64,000 nucleotides of DNA from a virus (taxonomy: Duplodnaviria > Caudoviricetes): IMG/VR virus record IMGVR_UViG_3300028805_000061; one strand, 5' to 3'. This document shows positions 1 to 10,248 of this stretch, in pieces (within the stretch, counting starts at the first letter, position 1; each line of letters begins with the position of its first letter). The notes beneath the pieces are model-generated. The model saw only the letters and a list, made by a program, of their open reading frames with translations, ran no database searches and had not been told where the DNA came from. The position numbers and the translations under genes were made by a program.

Positions 1-176
1 GGGCTCAAAATTTCTTCCCCAATGAAAAAATACTCATAAAATGTATTTAGGAGCTCTTAAAAAGCCATCGGAGCAGCTCTAATTAAACATTTTACTTAGA
101 CATTTGAAGATGATTTTAATAGGAAATCTATAAAATTCAAAATAATAGAAAATTGAACAATAAAAGAAAGAGTAAA

Positions 177-674
177 ATGGCAGATTCATACTATAATAAA
201 CAAGAGAAAATAAAAGTGTTAAAGAGCTATTTGAATAACTTATTTATTGATCCGAATGAGTTAAATAGGAACAAATATCAACAAATAAAAGGTAAGTTAG
301 AAAAAATTAAAACTCCTTTAACAAAATTAATAATCTCTAATAATATCAATTATTTAAAGCTGGCTGCTAGTATTTTACTTACTCATAATTTGAGATATCC
401 CCAATATGAAATGATAGATATTGATACACTGATGAATTTATGGTTGGGTTATGATGTAGGGCCAGTAACTAAAGATACAATAAAAACTACAGATACTTTG
501 ATAATACTGAGTTTTGGAAGTTCCTTTTTTAAAAATACAAAAGGATTATTTGAAAGTGTAGTTCAAAAAAGACAATTTGATAAACTTTCCACAATAGTAT
601 TAACTACTAGTTCTGAAAGGAATATTAGTTCAGTTTTTACTAAGACTGACATTATTGATTTTAAAGGCAAATAA
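177..674 (+). CDS. Degenerate DnaC/IstB-like helicase-loader protein
   Basis: C-terminal TDTLIILSFG...LFESVVQKRQFDKLSTIVLTT resembles the DnaC/IstB DLLILDDLG...lf.ii..Ry....TIvTTN segment. Walker A and the Walker B acidic residues are absent. Lies directly upstream of the helicase. ATG at 177 chosen over TTG at 153. Confidence 0.4.
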   Translation: MADSYYNKQEKIKVLKSYLNNLFIDPNELNRNKYQQIKGKLEKIKTPLTKLIISNNINYLKLAASILLTHNLRYPQYEMIDIDTLMNLWLGYDVGPVTKDTIKTTDTLIILSFGSSFFKNTKGLFESVVQKRQFDKLSTIVLTTSSERNISSVFTKTDIIDFKGK

Positions 675-676
675 AA

Positions 677-2197
677 ATGAAAAACAAAAATAAGTCTTTG
701 TATAAACGATTAAGTGAATTAAGTCTAATAGTTTCTGGTAATTTGCCAGAAGTAGACATAGAATATCTTAAAGAGATTAATGAAATAATTCCAAAAACAA
801 GAGTAGCAGTATATTCAAACATTTTTGAAGATGCAATAAAGTATTACAAAACTCAAAAGAAATTACCAGATTTTGATTATGTGAATATGCATTTTTCTGA
901 ATTAATGGAAGATTTAAAAGATGAAGAACCTGCTTGGCATGAAAGCTTTGCTTTGGAATATCTTTCATTATTACAAAAAGATGAATTATTACAAGAAATT
1001 GCATTAGCTCAAGCAGAAGATGATTTAGAAGGAATTGATCAAATCATTTCAAGTAATGAGAAGATATTTAATGATGATATTTCAGGTAAATTACCAACTT
1101 TTGATGAATTGTTTGAAGCCTATGAGAACATTAAAAATTCTAAACCTCCTTTAAAATTTGGTATAAGAGAGTTGGATAAAATGTATAATGGTTTATGTTA
1201 TGGAACATGTAATATTTTAGCCGCTCCCCCTGGTAAATTCAAAACCACTACTGCAAATAGTGTGGCTTATGTTAATTTAAAAGATGGTAAAAAGGTTTTA
1301 TATATTACTTTAGAAGATTCATGGGATGTGATTTACTTTAATATAGCTACAAGAGAAAGTTATGAGCAAGATAGATTACTTAATGCTTCAACTATTAAAA
1401 TTGGTAGATTAGATGAAGAAGATGAACAAACATTAAAAGAAATAATTGAAGATTGTAAAAAGAGATATAACAATAATTTTAGAGTAGCTTGTCAACAATG
1501 CTGGGGAGATTTTAGTCCAGCCGGATTACTTAGACTTTTAAGAAAAGCTAAAAAAGAGATGAATGGACTAGATTTGGTTGTTTTAGATCATGCTAGTTTA
1601 ATGAAGTTTTATAAAGTAAAAGGAGTAAGCGATCCTAAAGAAATAATTAATTTTTATATCAGGTATTTAACAAATTTATCTATTTCTTTTGAAGATAAGT
1701 TTGCTTTATTAGTTGCTATGCAAACAAATAGAGACGGTATAAAAGAATTAGAATCTGGTAAAACTGGTTCATTAACAAATTTAGCAGAAGCAAATGAAGC
1801 AGAAAGATCTGCTTCTACAGTAACATTAATTTATTCTGGTCCTAATGCAGTAGAAAGCAATATTATCAATTTTTACCCAAAGAAAAATAGAAGAGGTTAT
1901 CTATCTGCTAAACCCATTATTAGTTTTATTGAACCTGGAGCTTATTTTGTAGGAGAAAGAGCTATTGAGGGAGATGTTTCTTTAGATGATTTAATGGATG
2001 ACATGGACTCGAAAGAAGATCGAGAAAGTCAAGACAGTATAGAAGATAATGAGATAAAAGGTTTTGCTCACCCACAAAAAATTACTAAGACAGTAGTTAA
2101 AAAGAAAAGATTTAAGACAGAAGATGAAGAAGAATCAAATAATGATAAGCCAAAACCAACTTTAATGAGAAGAAAAATAAAGAAAGTTATTAGATAA
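677..2197 (+). CDS. dnaB: Replicative DNA helicase, DnaB/SF4 family
   Basis: FGIRELDKMYNGL, Walker A AAPPGKFKTT, VLYITLED, Walker B LVVLDH, AMQTNRDG, EAERSAS, KKNRRG arginine finger. Acidic/basic C-terminal tail. Confidence 0.9.
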   Translation: MKNKNKSLYKRLSELSLIVSGNLPEVDIEYLKEINEIIPKTRVAVYSNIFEDAIKYYKTQKKLPDFDYVNMHFSELMEDLKDEEPAWHESFALEYLSLLQKDELLQEIALAQAEDDLEGIDQIISSNEKIFNDDISGKLPTFDELFEAYENIKNSKPPLKFGIRELDKMYNGLCYGTCNILAAPPGKFKTTTANSVAYVNLKDGKKVLYITLEDSWDVIYFNIATRESYEQDRLLNASTIKIGRLDEEDEQTLKEIIEDCKKRYNNNFRVACQQCWGDFSPAGLLRLLRKAKKEMNGLDLVVLDHASLMKFYKVKGVSDPKEIINFYIRYLTNLSISFEDKFALLVAMQTNRDGIKELESGKTGSLTNLAEANEAERSASTVTLIYSGPNAVESNIINFYPKKNRRGYLSAKPIISFIEPGAYFVGERAIEGDVSLDDLMDDMDSKEDRESQDSIEDNEIKGFAHPQKITKTVVKKKRFKTEDEEESNNDKPKPTLMRRKIKKVIR

Positions 2198-3552
2198 TGT
2201 CAAGTATATGGCAAAGCAAAGTAGTAGCAATAAATCCTTTGAAAGAAAATAATGAAATTACTGGTTATGCTATTGTAAGTAAAGAACATAAACATTTTTA
2301 TGGATCAAATATAGATTTAGATCATATTTTAAAAGATGCAAAAGGAAAAATTTATTTTGATGCTCCCAGCGAGAGATATAATTTTAGAGCATTGTATTAT
2401 CAGTTAAAGCCAAATATAAAATTTCAAAATATTTCAGATATTGTAAAGCAAGAATATTATACTACTAATGTAAAAGATATCTTATATTTTGTAAAAAGAG
2501 AAGGAGCAAAACAAGCTGTTATTGAAGCTTGTTTTATGTTAGAGTTTTTCAAGAAAAATTACAAAGAGCGAAATGATAAAATCTATCATTTAGATAAAAA
2601 TCTTTTGAATTTGACAAGTAATTATGAGAGTGAAATTTCTATTAATAAAATTCAATTAAGAACTGATTTAAGTTTATACCAAAAGAAAAGATGGGATACA
2701 GAAAGGAAATTGTTTGAAAAAACAGGTTACCCTATTCAAAATCAATTTTCTATTGATAATCCAAAATTAAGAGAAAGTTCTAGTGTTGTAAAAGTTTTAG
2801 ATCAAATTAAAGACTATAAAAGTAAGGTAAACTATTTAGAAAAATATTTAGATCTTCCTAAAATAGTATTAAACTTTGATATTACTGCTACTGCTACAGG
2901 AAGAATACTCTGTAGAGATAAACAAAATAATATAGGATTATTTGCTCCAGATAAAAACTATAGATATTTATTTCCAGCTAAGAAAGAATTTATTTTTATT
3001 TCAGCTGATTACAAGAGACAAGAAGCTTGTATATTAGCTAAAGTAAGTAATGATAAACAATTAGAACAAGATATACAAGAAGAAGATTTTTATTCTAGAT
3101 TAGCAAGATGGACAATAAGAGAAACTAAAAAACAAATAGGTAAAACTTTATTTTATGCAGTAATTTATGGAGCAAAATCCCAAACAGTTGCAGAAGAATT
3201 AAAGATAGATATTGATACAATAAAGCAAGCAATTAGAAAAATTAAAAATCGATATAAGAGCCTTTCCAGTTGGTTAGAAGATTTTGATGAAAATACTAAT
3301 TATTTTGGTAGACCATTACATAATAATACAGTTAATGCTTATGTACAAAGTACTGCTGCTGATATATTAAAAGATAGATTAATTGCTACTTTTAATTATA
3401 GTCCAGCTTTAATTTTGTCTGATAACATAATTTATCAAATTAAAGATGTAGATATTCAGAGAAAAATTGAAAATATCAAGTTATTATTACAGAAAACTAG
3501 CCCTTTTAATTTGAAAGTTGATATAAAAACTAGTTATAATTTATCTTTTTAA
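2197..3552 (+). CDS. Minimal/divergent family A DNA polymerase (polymerase domain only)
   Basis: TATGRI, motif A FISADYKRQE, motif B KQIGKTLFYAVIYG, NYFGR, NAYVQSTAADILK, motif C LILSDNI. No recognisable exonuclease. Overlaps the helicase stop (TAATG). Confidence 0.8.
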   Translation: MSSIWQSKVVAINPLKENNEITGYAIVSKEHKHFYGSNIDLDHILKDAKGKIYFDAPSERYNFRALYYQLKPNIKFQNISDIVKQEYYTTNVKDILYFVKREGAKQAVIEACFMLEFFKKNYKERNDKIYHLDKNLLNLTSNYESEISINKIQLRTDLSLYQKKRWDTERKLFEKTGYPIQNQFSIDNPKLRESSSVVKVLDQIKDYKSKVNYLEKYLDLPKIVLNFDITATATGRILCRDKQNNIGLFAPDKNYRYLFPAKKEFIFISADYKRQEACILAKVSNDKQLEQDIQEEDFYSRLARWTIRETKKQIGKTLFYAVIYGAKSQTVAEELKIDIDTIKQAIRKIKNRYKSLSSWLEDFDENTNYFGRPLHNNTVNAYVQSTAADILKDRLIATFNYSPALILSDNIIYQIKDVDIQRKIENIKLLLQKTSPFNLKVDIKTSYNLSF

Positions 3553-3651
3553 TATAAATGTTAATTTTTATTAACTCCATTTATTTTTTAATTTAGTTTT
3601 AATATAATTATTTTAATAAAATTTATTTTAATAGTTTATAGGAGAAGAAAA

Positions 3652-4455
3652 ATGACATTAGTATTAGAAGGAAAGACACTAGCAGCAACTAATCCAATTA
3701 GCACAATCAACAGAGACAATTCTTATGTAAAAAGAAATGCTCTTAATTGGAATTCTCAATTATATAAGGAGATTGAAAAAGCTGTTACAATGTACTATAG
3801 TTCTCATAAATTTGAAATGGAGAAATATAGAGTTGAACTTGAAGACTTGATTCAAAAGGTAGCTTTTACTTTTTATAGATGGAAGGGTTTTGATCCAGAG
3901 GCATACGGTAAAAAGATTTCAGCTTATACTTATTACATAATTAATCAAAAATTGATTAAAGATAAACGAAATTATTTTAGAGCAAGAAAAAATATTTCAG
4001 TATCAATGGATGAAGAATTTAATAATCAATCAAGTAAAGATTCTACTGAAACTACAATTTCTGATACAATAGCTGATAATTCATACAGATTTATAGAATT
4101 TGTGGAAGAATGTTTACAAAAGATCCCTGTAGATCACAAGTTCTATATTGATGATGTTTGTTTTAAAACAAGAGATATATTTAGATTATTGTTCAATAAT
4201 TATTCTGGAGAAGAAATAGCTTATGCAGCTAAAGTAGATGGTAAGAAATTTAGAAAAATGAAAAGAACATTAACTAAAGAATTTTATTCAGCTGATATAG
4301 TTGATATATGGAATTCTTTACCATCAAATGTATCATTTAAAGCTGATTACTTTATACCTTATTCAAAAGAAGAAACTTTAGAAAATCAAAAAAGAGAAGA
4401 AGAGTTGAGAAAAAGTTTATCAGGAGAAGTAAAAACCTTTTATATAAATAAGTAG
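3652..4455 (+). CDS. Phage RNA polymerase sigma factor (sigma70-like)
   Basis: Region 2-like LEDLIQ...KGFDPEAYGKKISAYTYYII, ISVSMDEE, and region-4-like HTH NYSGEEIAYAAKV. SD GGAG. Confidence 0.7.
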   Translation: MTLVLEGKTLAATNPISTINRDNSYVKRNALNWNSQLYKEIEKAVTMYYSSHKFEMEKYRVELEDLIQKVAFTFYRWKGFDPEAYGKKISAYTYYIINQKLIKDKRNYFRARKNISVSMDEEFNNQSSKDSTETTISDTIADNSYRFIEFVEECLQKIPVDHKFYIDDVCFKTRDIFRLLFNNYSGEEIAYAAKVDGKKFRKMKRTLTKEFYSADIVDIWNSLPSNVSFKADYFIPYSKEETLENQKREEELRKSLSGEVKTFYINK

Positions 4456-4523
4456 ACAGGTTTTTAATATAGAATAATTTTATTAAAAGCTAATTTATTA
4501 ATAATTAGTTTTAAGAGGTATAG

Positions 4524-4901
4524 ATGAATAAAGAACAGTTATTAAAATCTTGTAATCTAATAAGAGATTATAATGAAGATTTATTTAAAAAATTAAGAGT
4601 AGCAAATAAAGTTATTAAAGGAAAATCTAAAACAAAGAAATATTTGGAAATAGAACAAATACAAGAAATACTTATTTTAATAAGTATTTTACTTTCTGGT
4701 AATATTAAAATAAGATATGAACTAGAAGATTTTATAAAAGAAAATAAAGCTTTTGTAGATCTTTCTTATATTAAAAGTTTATCTACAAATTGTAAACAAG
4801 ATATTGATGCTTTAAAAGCAACTTCCTTTAACATGGTAGAAGTATTAAAAACTATGCGAAATAAGGAAGAAGAACAGAAATATAAAGATAATACTTTATA
4901 A
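4524..4901 (+). CDS. Hypothetical helical protein (possible recombination mediator)
   Basis: ORF with SD GAGG directly upstream of the SSB. Function suggested by position only. Confidence 0.5.
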   Translation: MNKEQLLKSCNLIRDYNEDLFKKLRVANKVIKGKSKTKKYLEIEQIQEILILISILLSGNIKIRYELEDFIKENKAFVDLSYIKSLSTNCKQDIDALKATSFNMVEVLKTMRNKEEEQKYKDNTL

Positions 4902-4949
4902 ATAAGTACATAATATAAAATAATAACAGAAATAGAAAAGGAGAGTCAA

Positions 4950-5846
4950 ATGTCTACATTAAAGAAAAAGAAATTAGGTGAAAGAATTGGTGGAGGTCTG
5001 ATGCAATTGAAGGGTAATGATGAACAAGCCCAAGTATTTTCAATTGTAAGTGATGACATTTTTAGTTACATTTATCATTATGATGATGTTTATGAAACAC
5101 TAGGTAAATTTATGTGTTTATCTGAATATGATGATGATGGTAAAATGGTTAAGAAAGCTGATTGCTGTAAATTATTTAAAAAGAAAACTGAAAGAGTAGT
5201 TATTCCAGTAATTCACTATGAAGGAAAGAAAAAGAATTATCGTAAAATGTCAGAGGGTAAATTCAAATATCTTTCAATTACTTCATATAAATATACTCAA
5301 CTTTGTAAAGATCTAGAAGATGCTGGAGTTACATTTGATGATTGTGATGTAGATATTCTTTTAAAATCAGAAGATGCTGGAAGAGGAAAAATTTCATTTG
5401 AAGTAATTGACTCAGAAGAAGGTGCTCTTTGGAGAGAAGATGAAGATATGAAAAGACAAGTAAAAGAAGCTTTAAAAACTTGGGAAGAAGATGTAGCAGC
5501 AACATTACCTACAGAATATTCATCTATAGAAGCTTTTGAAGAAGCTGTAGAAGAAGCTAAAGAAGCTGGAGAAAAACCAGAAGGAGTTGAGGATGTTGAA
5601 GATGATATCCCTAAGAAAAAGAAAAAATCATCTGATGAACCTAAAGCTACTAAGAAAAAAGTAGAAAAAGAATTAGAGGATGACTTGGATGAAACAGAAG
5701 ATGATGAAGAAGATGAAACTCCTAAAAAGAAGAAAAAATCTGTAAAAGAACAGATAGAGGAAGAAGATTTTGATAATGAAGAGTTAGAAGAAGATGAATC
5801 AGAAGAAGATGAAGAAGATGAGTCTGATTTAGAAGATGAAGACTAA
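4950..5846 (+). CDS. Single-stranded DNA-binding protein, T4 gp32-like
   Basis: His/Cys ligands (YHY...KFMC...DCC), ERVVIPVIHY, very long acidic C-terminal tail, location upstream of resolvase and RecA, strong SD AAGGAG. Confidence 0.65.
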   Translation: MSTLKKKKLGERIGGGLMQLKGNDEQAQVFSIVSDDIFSYIYHYDDVYETLGKFMCLSEYDDDGKMVKKADCCKLFKKKTERVVIPVIHYEGKKKNYRKMSEGKFKYLSITSYKYTQLCKDLEDAGVTFDDCDVDILLKSEDAGRGKISFEVIDSEEGALWREDEDMKRQVKEALKTWEEDVAATLPTEYSSIEAFEEAVEEAKEAGEKPEGVEDVEDDIPKKKKKSSDEPKATKKKVEKELEDDLDETEDDEEDETPKKKKKSVKEQIEEEDFDNEELEEDESEEDEEDESDLEDED

Positions 5847-5871
5847 ACTACTCTACCCTATAAACTAAAAG

Positions 5872-5910
5872 ATAAATAGTTAGTAATTAATTTTACTAAC
5901 TATTTATTTA
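5872..5910 (+). terminator. Hairpin / probable intrinsic terminator
   Basis: ataaatagttagtaa (5872-5886) pairs with ttactaactatttat (5893-5907) after the SSB gene. Confidence 0.45.
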
Positions 5911-5926
5911 TATGAAAGGATTATAT

Positions 5927-6679
5927 ATGTCTAAAAGTAAAAATATTAAAGCTGCAAAACCTTCTATAGAAGAATTAAGAGCTTTACCTGAACCCTTACC
6001 TAAAGAAGAAAAATCTAAAAAGAAAAAATGGGTAAATCCTCATAAAAGAGAGTATGGTATTGAAATAGTAAAAAGAATTAATGAACCTTTTGTAGAAGAT
6101 ATTATTTATAAACTTAGTATAGATATAGGTTTTGCTACTTCAGGTTTAACTTTCTTTAATAGGAATACTAAAGAAGTAAAAAGTATTTATTATAAAAAAG
6201 ATAAAGAGTGTCATGTTAAAGGAGCTGGTATAGTATATTTGTCCAGGTTATGTGAAGAAACTTGGCAAAAATATAAGGAACTGATTCCTAGAGAAATGAA
6301 AATGAATAGAGGGCTATCTCAATTTATTTTGGAAGAACCTTTAGTAATTGCTGGTCAAAGAAGTTTTTCTATTTCTTTATATGTATTGTTGCATTACTTA
6401 ATAGATAAATTACTTTATGAATTCAAATGTCATTCAGTAATATTAATTAGACCAGGGTCAGCTAAAAAATTACTTAATTGGGGTAGATCTAAGATGCCTG
6501 ATAATGAAAAAACAAAATGGATTAAAGAAAATTTACCAGAATGGCAAACTAAAAACAATCATACAGCTGATTCTAATTTTTCAATGATTTTAACTAATTA
6601 TGATGAATTAAGCCAGTTATATCCAAACGTGAAACTATTAACTAAAGTAGACTATAAAGTATATGAAAGTTATTTATAA
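5927..6679 (+). CDS. RuvC-like Holliday junction resolvase
   Basis: LSIDIGFATSG, FILEEP, IRPGSAKK, NNHTADS match the RuvC/RNase H acidic motifs. Confidence 0.7.
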   Translation: MSKSKNIKAAKPSIEELRALPEPLPKEEKSKKKKWVNPHKREYGIEIVKRINEPFVEDIIYKLSIDIGFATSGLTFFNRNTKEVKSIYYKKDKECHVKGAGIVYLSRLCEETWQKYKELIPREMKMNRGLSQFILEEPLVIAGQRSFSISLYVLLHYLIDKLLYEFKCHSVILIRPGSAKKLLNWGRSKMPDNEKTKWIKENLPEWQTKNNHTADSNFSMILTNYDELSQLYPNVKLLTKVDYKVYESYL

Positions 6680-6691
6680 GGAGATGTTTTA

Positions 6692-7867
6692 ATGGCAGGA
6701 CTAAGAAAAATTAAAGCTAAGAAGAAGAAAACCTCTAAAAATGCTACTGTTATGGTATTTAACCCATTTGCTGAAGAACAGTTTATTCCAACTTCATCTA
6801 TAGGGTTTGATGTTCTTCTATCTGAAAATGTAGCTGGAATAGAAGTTGGATCATTAGTAGAATTAAATGGAGATTCGGGGGTTGGTAAAAGTACAAGTAT
6901 GTTTTATATGGCCTGTAATCAAGCCAGAAATTATGGAGTAAAAGTTGTTTATATTGATGCAGAAATGGGTATTAAGCGTTCACATATTAGAATAAATAAT
7001 GCATTTGATCTATTTCATCCTGATACAGAAGAACTTCAAGAGAAATATAGTGATAAATTAGATGAGTTTCTGGAACATGCTTTTGATGATGGCTATTCAA
7101 TGGTTGTATTACAACTGAATTCATTTACTGGTTTAGATAGTGTTACTGATGCTGTTTATAAGTGGACTGAAAATCATGATGAAGCATTGGTATTAGTAAT
7201 TGATTCTCTTGCATTCTTAAATACTACAGCAGAACTGGATGCTGAACAAGCTGATAAGGTTCAGATAGGGCAGAAAGCTAGAGCATGGAGAAGATGGGTA
7301 GTAACAAATAAAATAAATCTTACAGCACACGGTATAACTACTTGGTTTATTAATCACCTGACAACACAAGGTATAGGTGGTAATACTTTCTTAACACATG
7401 AAAAACCTAAAGATGAATCAGCTGGAGGTAAAATTTCTAAATATGGTCCAGATGTAAGAATATTGATTAAAGAAGGCTCAAAAATTAAAGATGAAAATGA
7501 TAATGTTATTGGTAATGAAGCTAAAGTATCAACTAAAAAGAACAGAAACAATATTTCTCATAGACAAATCATTCTCCCTTTAATGAAAGGAGCTGGACCA
7601 GACAATGCCCGTTTTCTTAAAGAAGTTCTTTCAGAAACAGGAGTAGTAAAATTCTCTGCTTGGACTACTTTTGATTTTCCATTTTTAGAAGAACCTGAAA
7701 AAGTAAATGGAGCAGAGAAAGCTTTAACTTGGATTAGAGAACATGAAGAACAAATAACTGAATATTTAAAATCTGAAAATCTTTTATCTTTAGTTGATTT
7801 AGGTGAAGTAGTTGTAGCTGATGACTCAGATGATGCATCTCCAGAACTTTCAGAAGACGATGAATAG
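6692..7867 (+). CDS. recA: RecA/UvsX recombinase
   Basis: IPTSSIGFDVLL, Walker A GDSGVGKST, YIDAE, LVIDSLA, IGQKAR, FINH, AGGKISKY, KKNR. Confidence 0.92.
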   Translation: MAGLRKIKAKKKKTSKNATVMVFNPFAEEQFIPTSSIGFDVLLSENVAGIEVGSLVELNGDSGVGKSTSMFYMACNQARNYGVKVVYIDAEMGIKRSHIRINNAFDLFHPDTEELQEKYSDKLDEFLEHAFDDGYSMVVLQLNSFTGLDSVTDAVYKWTENHDEALVLVIDSLAFLNTTAELDAEQADKVQIGQKARAWRRWVVTNKINLTAHGITTWFINHLTTQGIGGNTFLTHEKPKDESAGGKISKYGPDVRILIKEGSKIKDENDNVIGNEAKVSTKKNRNNISHRQIILPLMKGAGPDNARFLKEVLSETGVVKFSAWTTFDFPFLEEPEKVNGAEKALTWIREHEEQITEYLKSENLLSLVDLGEVVVADDSDDASPELSEDDE

Positions 7868-7927
7868 AGAATTTTAATATTATATAAAGTGTTTGTCATA
7901 CCCTTTTAATTTCTATGTGTTACTATT

Positions 7928-7963
7928 AAACCTGTTCTAAGAAATTTTTAGGACAGGTTTTTT
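7928..7963 (+). terminator. Intrinsic terminator
   Basis: aaacctgttctaa / ttaggacaggttt stem followed by a T-run, downstream of recA. Confidence 0.75.
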
Positions 7964-8005
7964 GTTTAGTATAATAAAAAATACTTATATAAAGGAAATT
8001 AATAT

Positions 8006-9100
8006 ATGAAGTTAAAAATAGAGAATTTTCAATCATTAGAAGGAATTAATGAATTCACTTTCAATCCTGGTATAACAATGATTATTGGGGCTTCAAATTC
8101 AGGTAAAACTGCTATACAAAGAGCTTTAAGGGGATTAATTCTAAATTATATTTCTTCTAGTAAAGCTAAAAAATATATTACACATTTTAAAGATTATTTA
8201 CAAGTAGATTTACAATTTAATGAAGAAATAAAATACTCTTGGTATAAAGATACAAAAAATACTATTTATAGAATAGAAGATATAAATGCTGATCCAGAAA
8301 TACAAATTTTTGAAAAAGCTGGGAATGATGATTTAGAAAGTATTTGTAAAAAATCTGGTCAACTTTTCCCTTTTGTAATAAGAGATAAAAAACTAATAAA
8401 TACACATACAGAGAAAGATAGTTTACCCTTCCCATTCGATTTAAATGATGTTGAATTATTTAAAATGTTTGAAGAATTATATAATGTTTCTTCTTCAGGT
8501 ATAATATTTAAGTTTATGAAATCTCTGGAAACAAAAACTAATTCAGAAATTAAATCAGTTAAAGAACAAATTGACGTAGATAAACAAAAAATAGAAAAGA
8601 TTATTGATCTTGAAGATAAATATGAAATAGAGAAATTAGAAGAATTAAAATTAAAAGCCGAAAAAGTTCAGGCTGGTATGATAGGTATAGATGAAGATAT
8701 TAAAATCGCAGCAAGAAATAATAAAACTTGTAAAATTATAAGAGAATTTTTAGATACTACTCCTTATTTAGAAAATGCTGAAGCAAAATTAAATAAAGCT
8801 TTAACTATTTATAATGAATCAAAAGATATAGCTAAAGATATTAAGATAATAAATAGCAATAATAAAATAGAACAAATAAATGTTTATAAGAAAGAATTTA
8901 ATACAGCTCTTATAAGTGATTTTAATGCTCTATCATCAGATTATAATAAAGCAAAATCTTTAAATAATGAATTAAAATCTGCTCAAGAAGAAATAGATGA
9001 GCTTTTAGAACAGCAAAAAGAGATTAAAGAAGAGTTAGCAAAAGTAGATGTATGTCCATTATGTAAACAACCAATTAAGAGAGGTAAGAATAGTGACTAA
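8006..9100 (+). CDS. SbcC/Rad50-like ATPase, N-terminal half
   Basis: KLKIENFQS, Walker A GASNSGKT, coiled coil ending in the zinc hook CPLC. No signature or Walker B motif. Confidence 0.85.
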   Translation: MKLKIENFQSLEGINEFTFNPGITMIIGASNSGKTAIQRALRGLILNYISSSKAKKYITHFKDYLQVDLQFNEEIKYSWYKDTKNTIYRIEDINADPEIQIFEKAGNDDLESICKKSGQLFPFVIRDKKLINTHTEKDSLPFPFDLNDVELFKMFEELYNVSSSGIIFKFMKSLETKTNSEIKSVKEQIDVDKQKIEKIIDLEDKYEIEKLEELKLKAEKVQAGMIGIDEDIKIAARNNKTCKIIREFLDTTPYLENAEAKLNKALTIYNESKDIAKDIKIINSNNKIEQINVYKKEFNTALISDFNALSSDYNKAKSLNNELKSAQEEIDELLEQQKEIKEELAKVDVCPLCKQPIKRGKNSD

Positions 9101-9299
9101 ACCAGTAATATTAATAAATGCTGATAATTTAAAGTCTTTTACTAAATATATAGGTAAGCAAACTTGTATAAATAGAGAAATTATTAGTTACTTAGATCAA
9201 TTATCTATAAATGGAATTTCAGAAGTAGGTAAATACCACCTGCAAGAAATAAAGAGGTTAGTTAAAGAACAGGGAGATATAGAATGGCAAGTGGAATAA
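9093..9299 (+). CDS. Small hypothetical protein between the SbcC halves
   Basis: GTG at 9093 preceded by GAGG; overlaps both neighbours. Confidence 0.5.
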   Translation: MTKPVILINADNLKSFTKYIGKQTCINREIISYLDQLSINGISEVGKYHLQEIKRLVKEQGDIEWQVE

Positions 9300-9556
9300 C
9301 AGTAGAACAGTTTGAAAAACTACAGAATAAATTAAAAAAGATTGAGCCTAAAATAGCTGAATTAGAAGGTATTAGAAAAACTAAAAAAGCTCAAACAAAA
9401 GAAATATATGAAAAATGGGGAGTAAGTAAACTTTCTGAATTAAAAGAATTAAAAGAAGAAAAAGAAAAAGCTGCTCAAGAGGTTTATGATTCCTTAAAAG
9501 AGTATGTAGATGAAATGAATATAGAATTTGATAAATTAGACGAGGAACTTGTTTAA
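9284..9556 (+). CDS. Coiled-coil protein, probable SbcC-associated subunit
   Basis: Heptad K/E-rich sequence, coupled (TAATG) to the SbcC C-terminal half. Confidence 0.6.
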   Translation: MASGITVEQFEKLQNKLKKIEPKIAELEGIRKTKKAQTKEIYEKWGVSKLSELKELKEEKEKAAQEVYDSLKEYVDEMNIEFDKLDEELV

Positions 9557-10248
9557 TGAAAGAATTATTAGAAAAGTTTAACTATAACTTAGTAAGATTT
9601 AAGAAATTACCAGAAGTAAGAGATTTATATAAAAGTAAAGTTAAACGTGAAAATAAACAATTAGAAGAATTAGAAGATAAAATAACTCTAATTCAAGATT
9701 CAAGATTAGCTTATCAAAAAACTATAGATTTGTTTTATGAACAATCAATAGGCCAATTAGAAAATCTTATTAATTGTGCATTAAGTACTATTTTTATAGG
9801 TAGACATTATAAAATTAAAATATCTTTATCAGATGAATCTAAGAAAGATAAGTCATTTTCATTTGATGTAATAAATGAAGACATAGGAGAATTAGAAGAT
9901 TTAAGAGATGGGTCTGGAGCTGGGATAAGAGCTGTAATAAGTTTTGTAATTCTTAGTTATTATTTAATTGGATTTGGATCTCCTTACATATTTGCTGATG
10001 AATGTTATTCACAGATTTCAGCAGAGTATGTAGATGCTTTCTTTGAATTTGTTCACAAATTATGTGAGGAACAGGGTTTAATATTTGTTTTAATTACACA
10101 TGATCAAAGATTTGTAAATTATGCTGATCAGATAATTCAGGTAGTAGAAGGAAGAGTTACAGTTCATAATAATTTAGATGAAGATAAAATAAGTGAAATA
10201 GTTAAACAGATTGAAGAGTACAACAATGAAAATAAAATTAAAGCTTAA
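9556..10248 (+). CDS. SbcC/Rad50-like ATPase, C-terminal half
   Basis: Signature DGSGAG, Walker B/D-loop YIFADECYSQIS, H-loop VLITHD. Confidence 0.85.
   Translation: MKELLEKFNYNLVRFKKLPEVRDLYKSKVKRENKQLEELEDKITLIQDSRLAYQKTIDLFYEQSIGQLENLINCALSTIFIGRHYKIKISLSDESKKDKSFSFDVINEDIGELEDLRDGSGAGIRAVISFVILSYYLIGFGSPYIFADECYSQISAEYVDAFFEFVHKLCEEQGLIFVLITHDQRFVNYADQIIQVVEGRVTVHNNLDEDKISEIVKQIEEYNNENKIKA

Noticed and set aside
5540-5846. gaa/gat low-complexity tract as a DNA repeat element
   Set aside because: Explained by the Asp/Glu-rich tail of the SSB.
9048-9556. Frameshift or intron explaining the split SbcC
   Set aside because: The interval is filled by two ORFs with SD sites and overlapping start/stop codons; no intron-like structure is seen.
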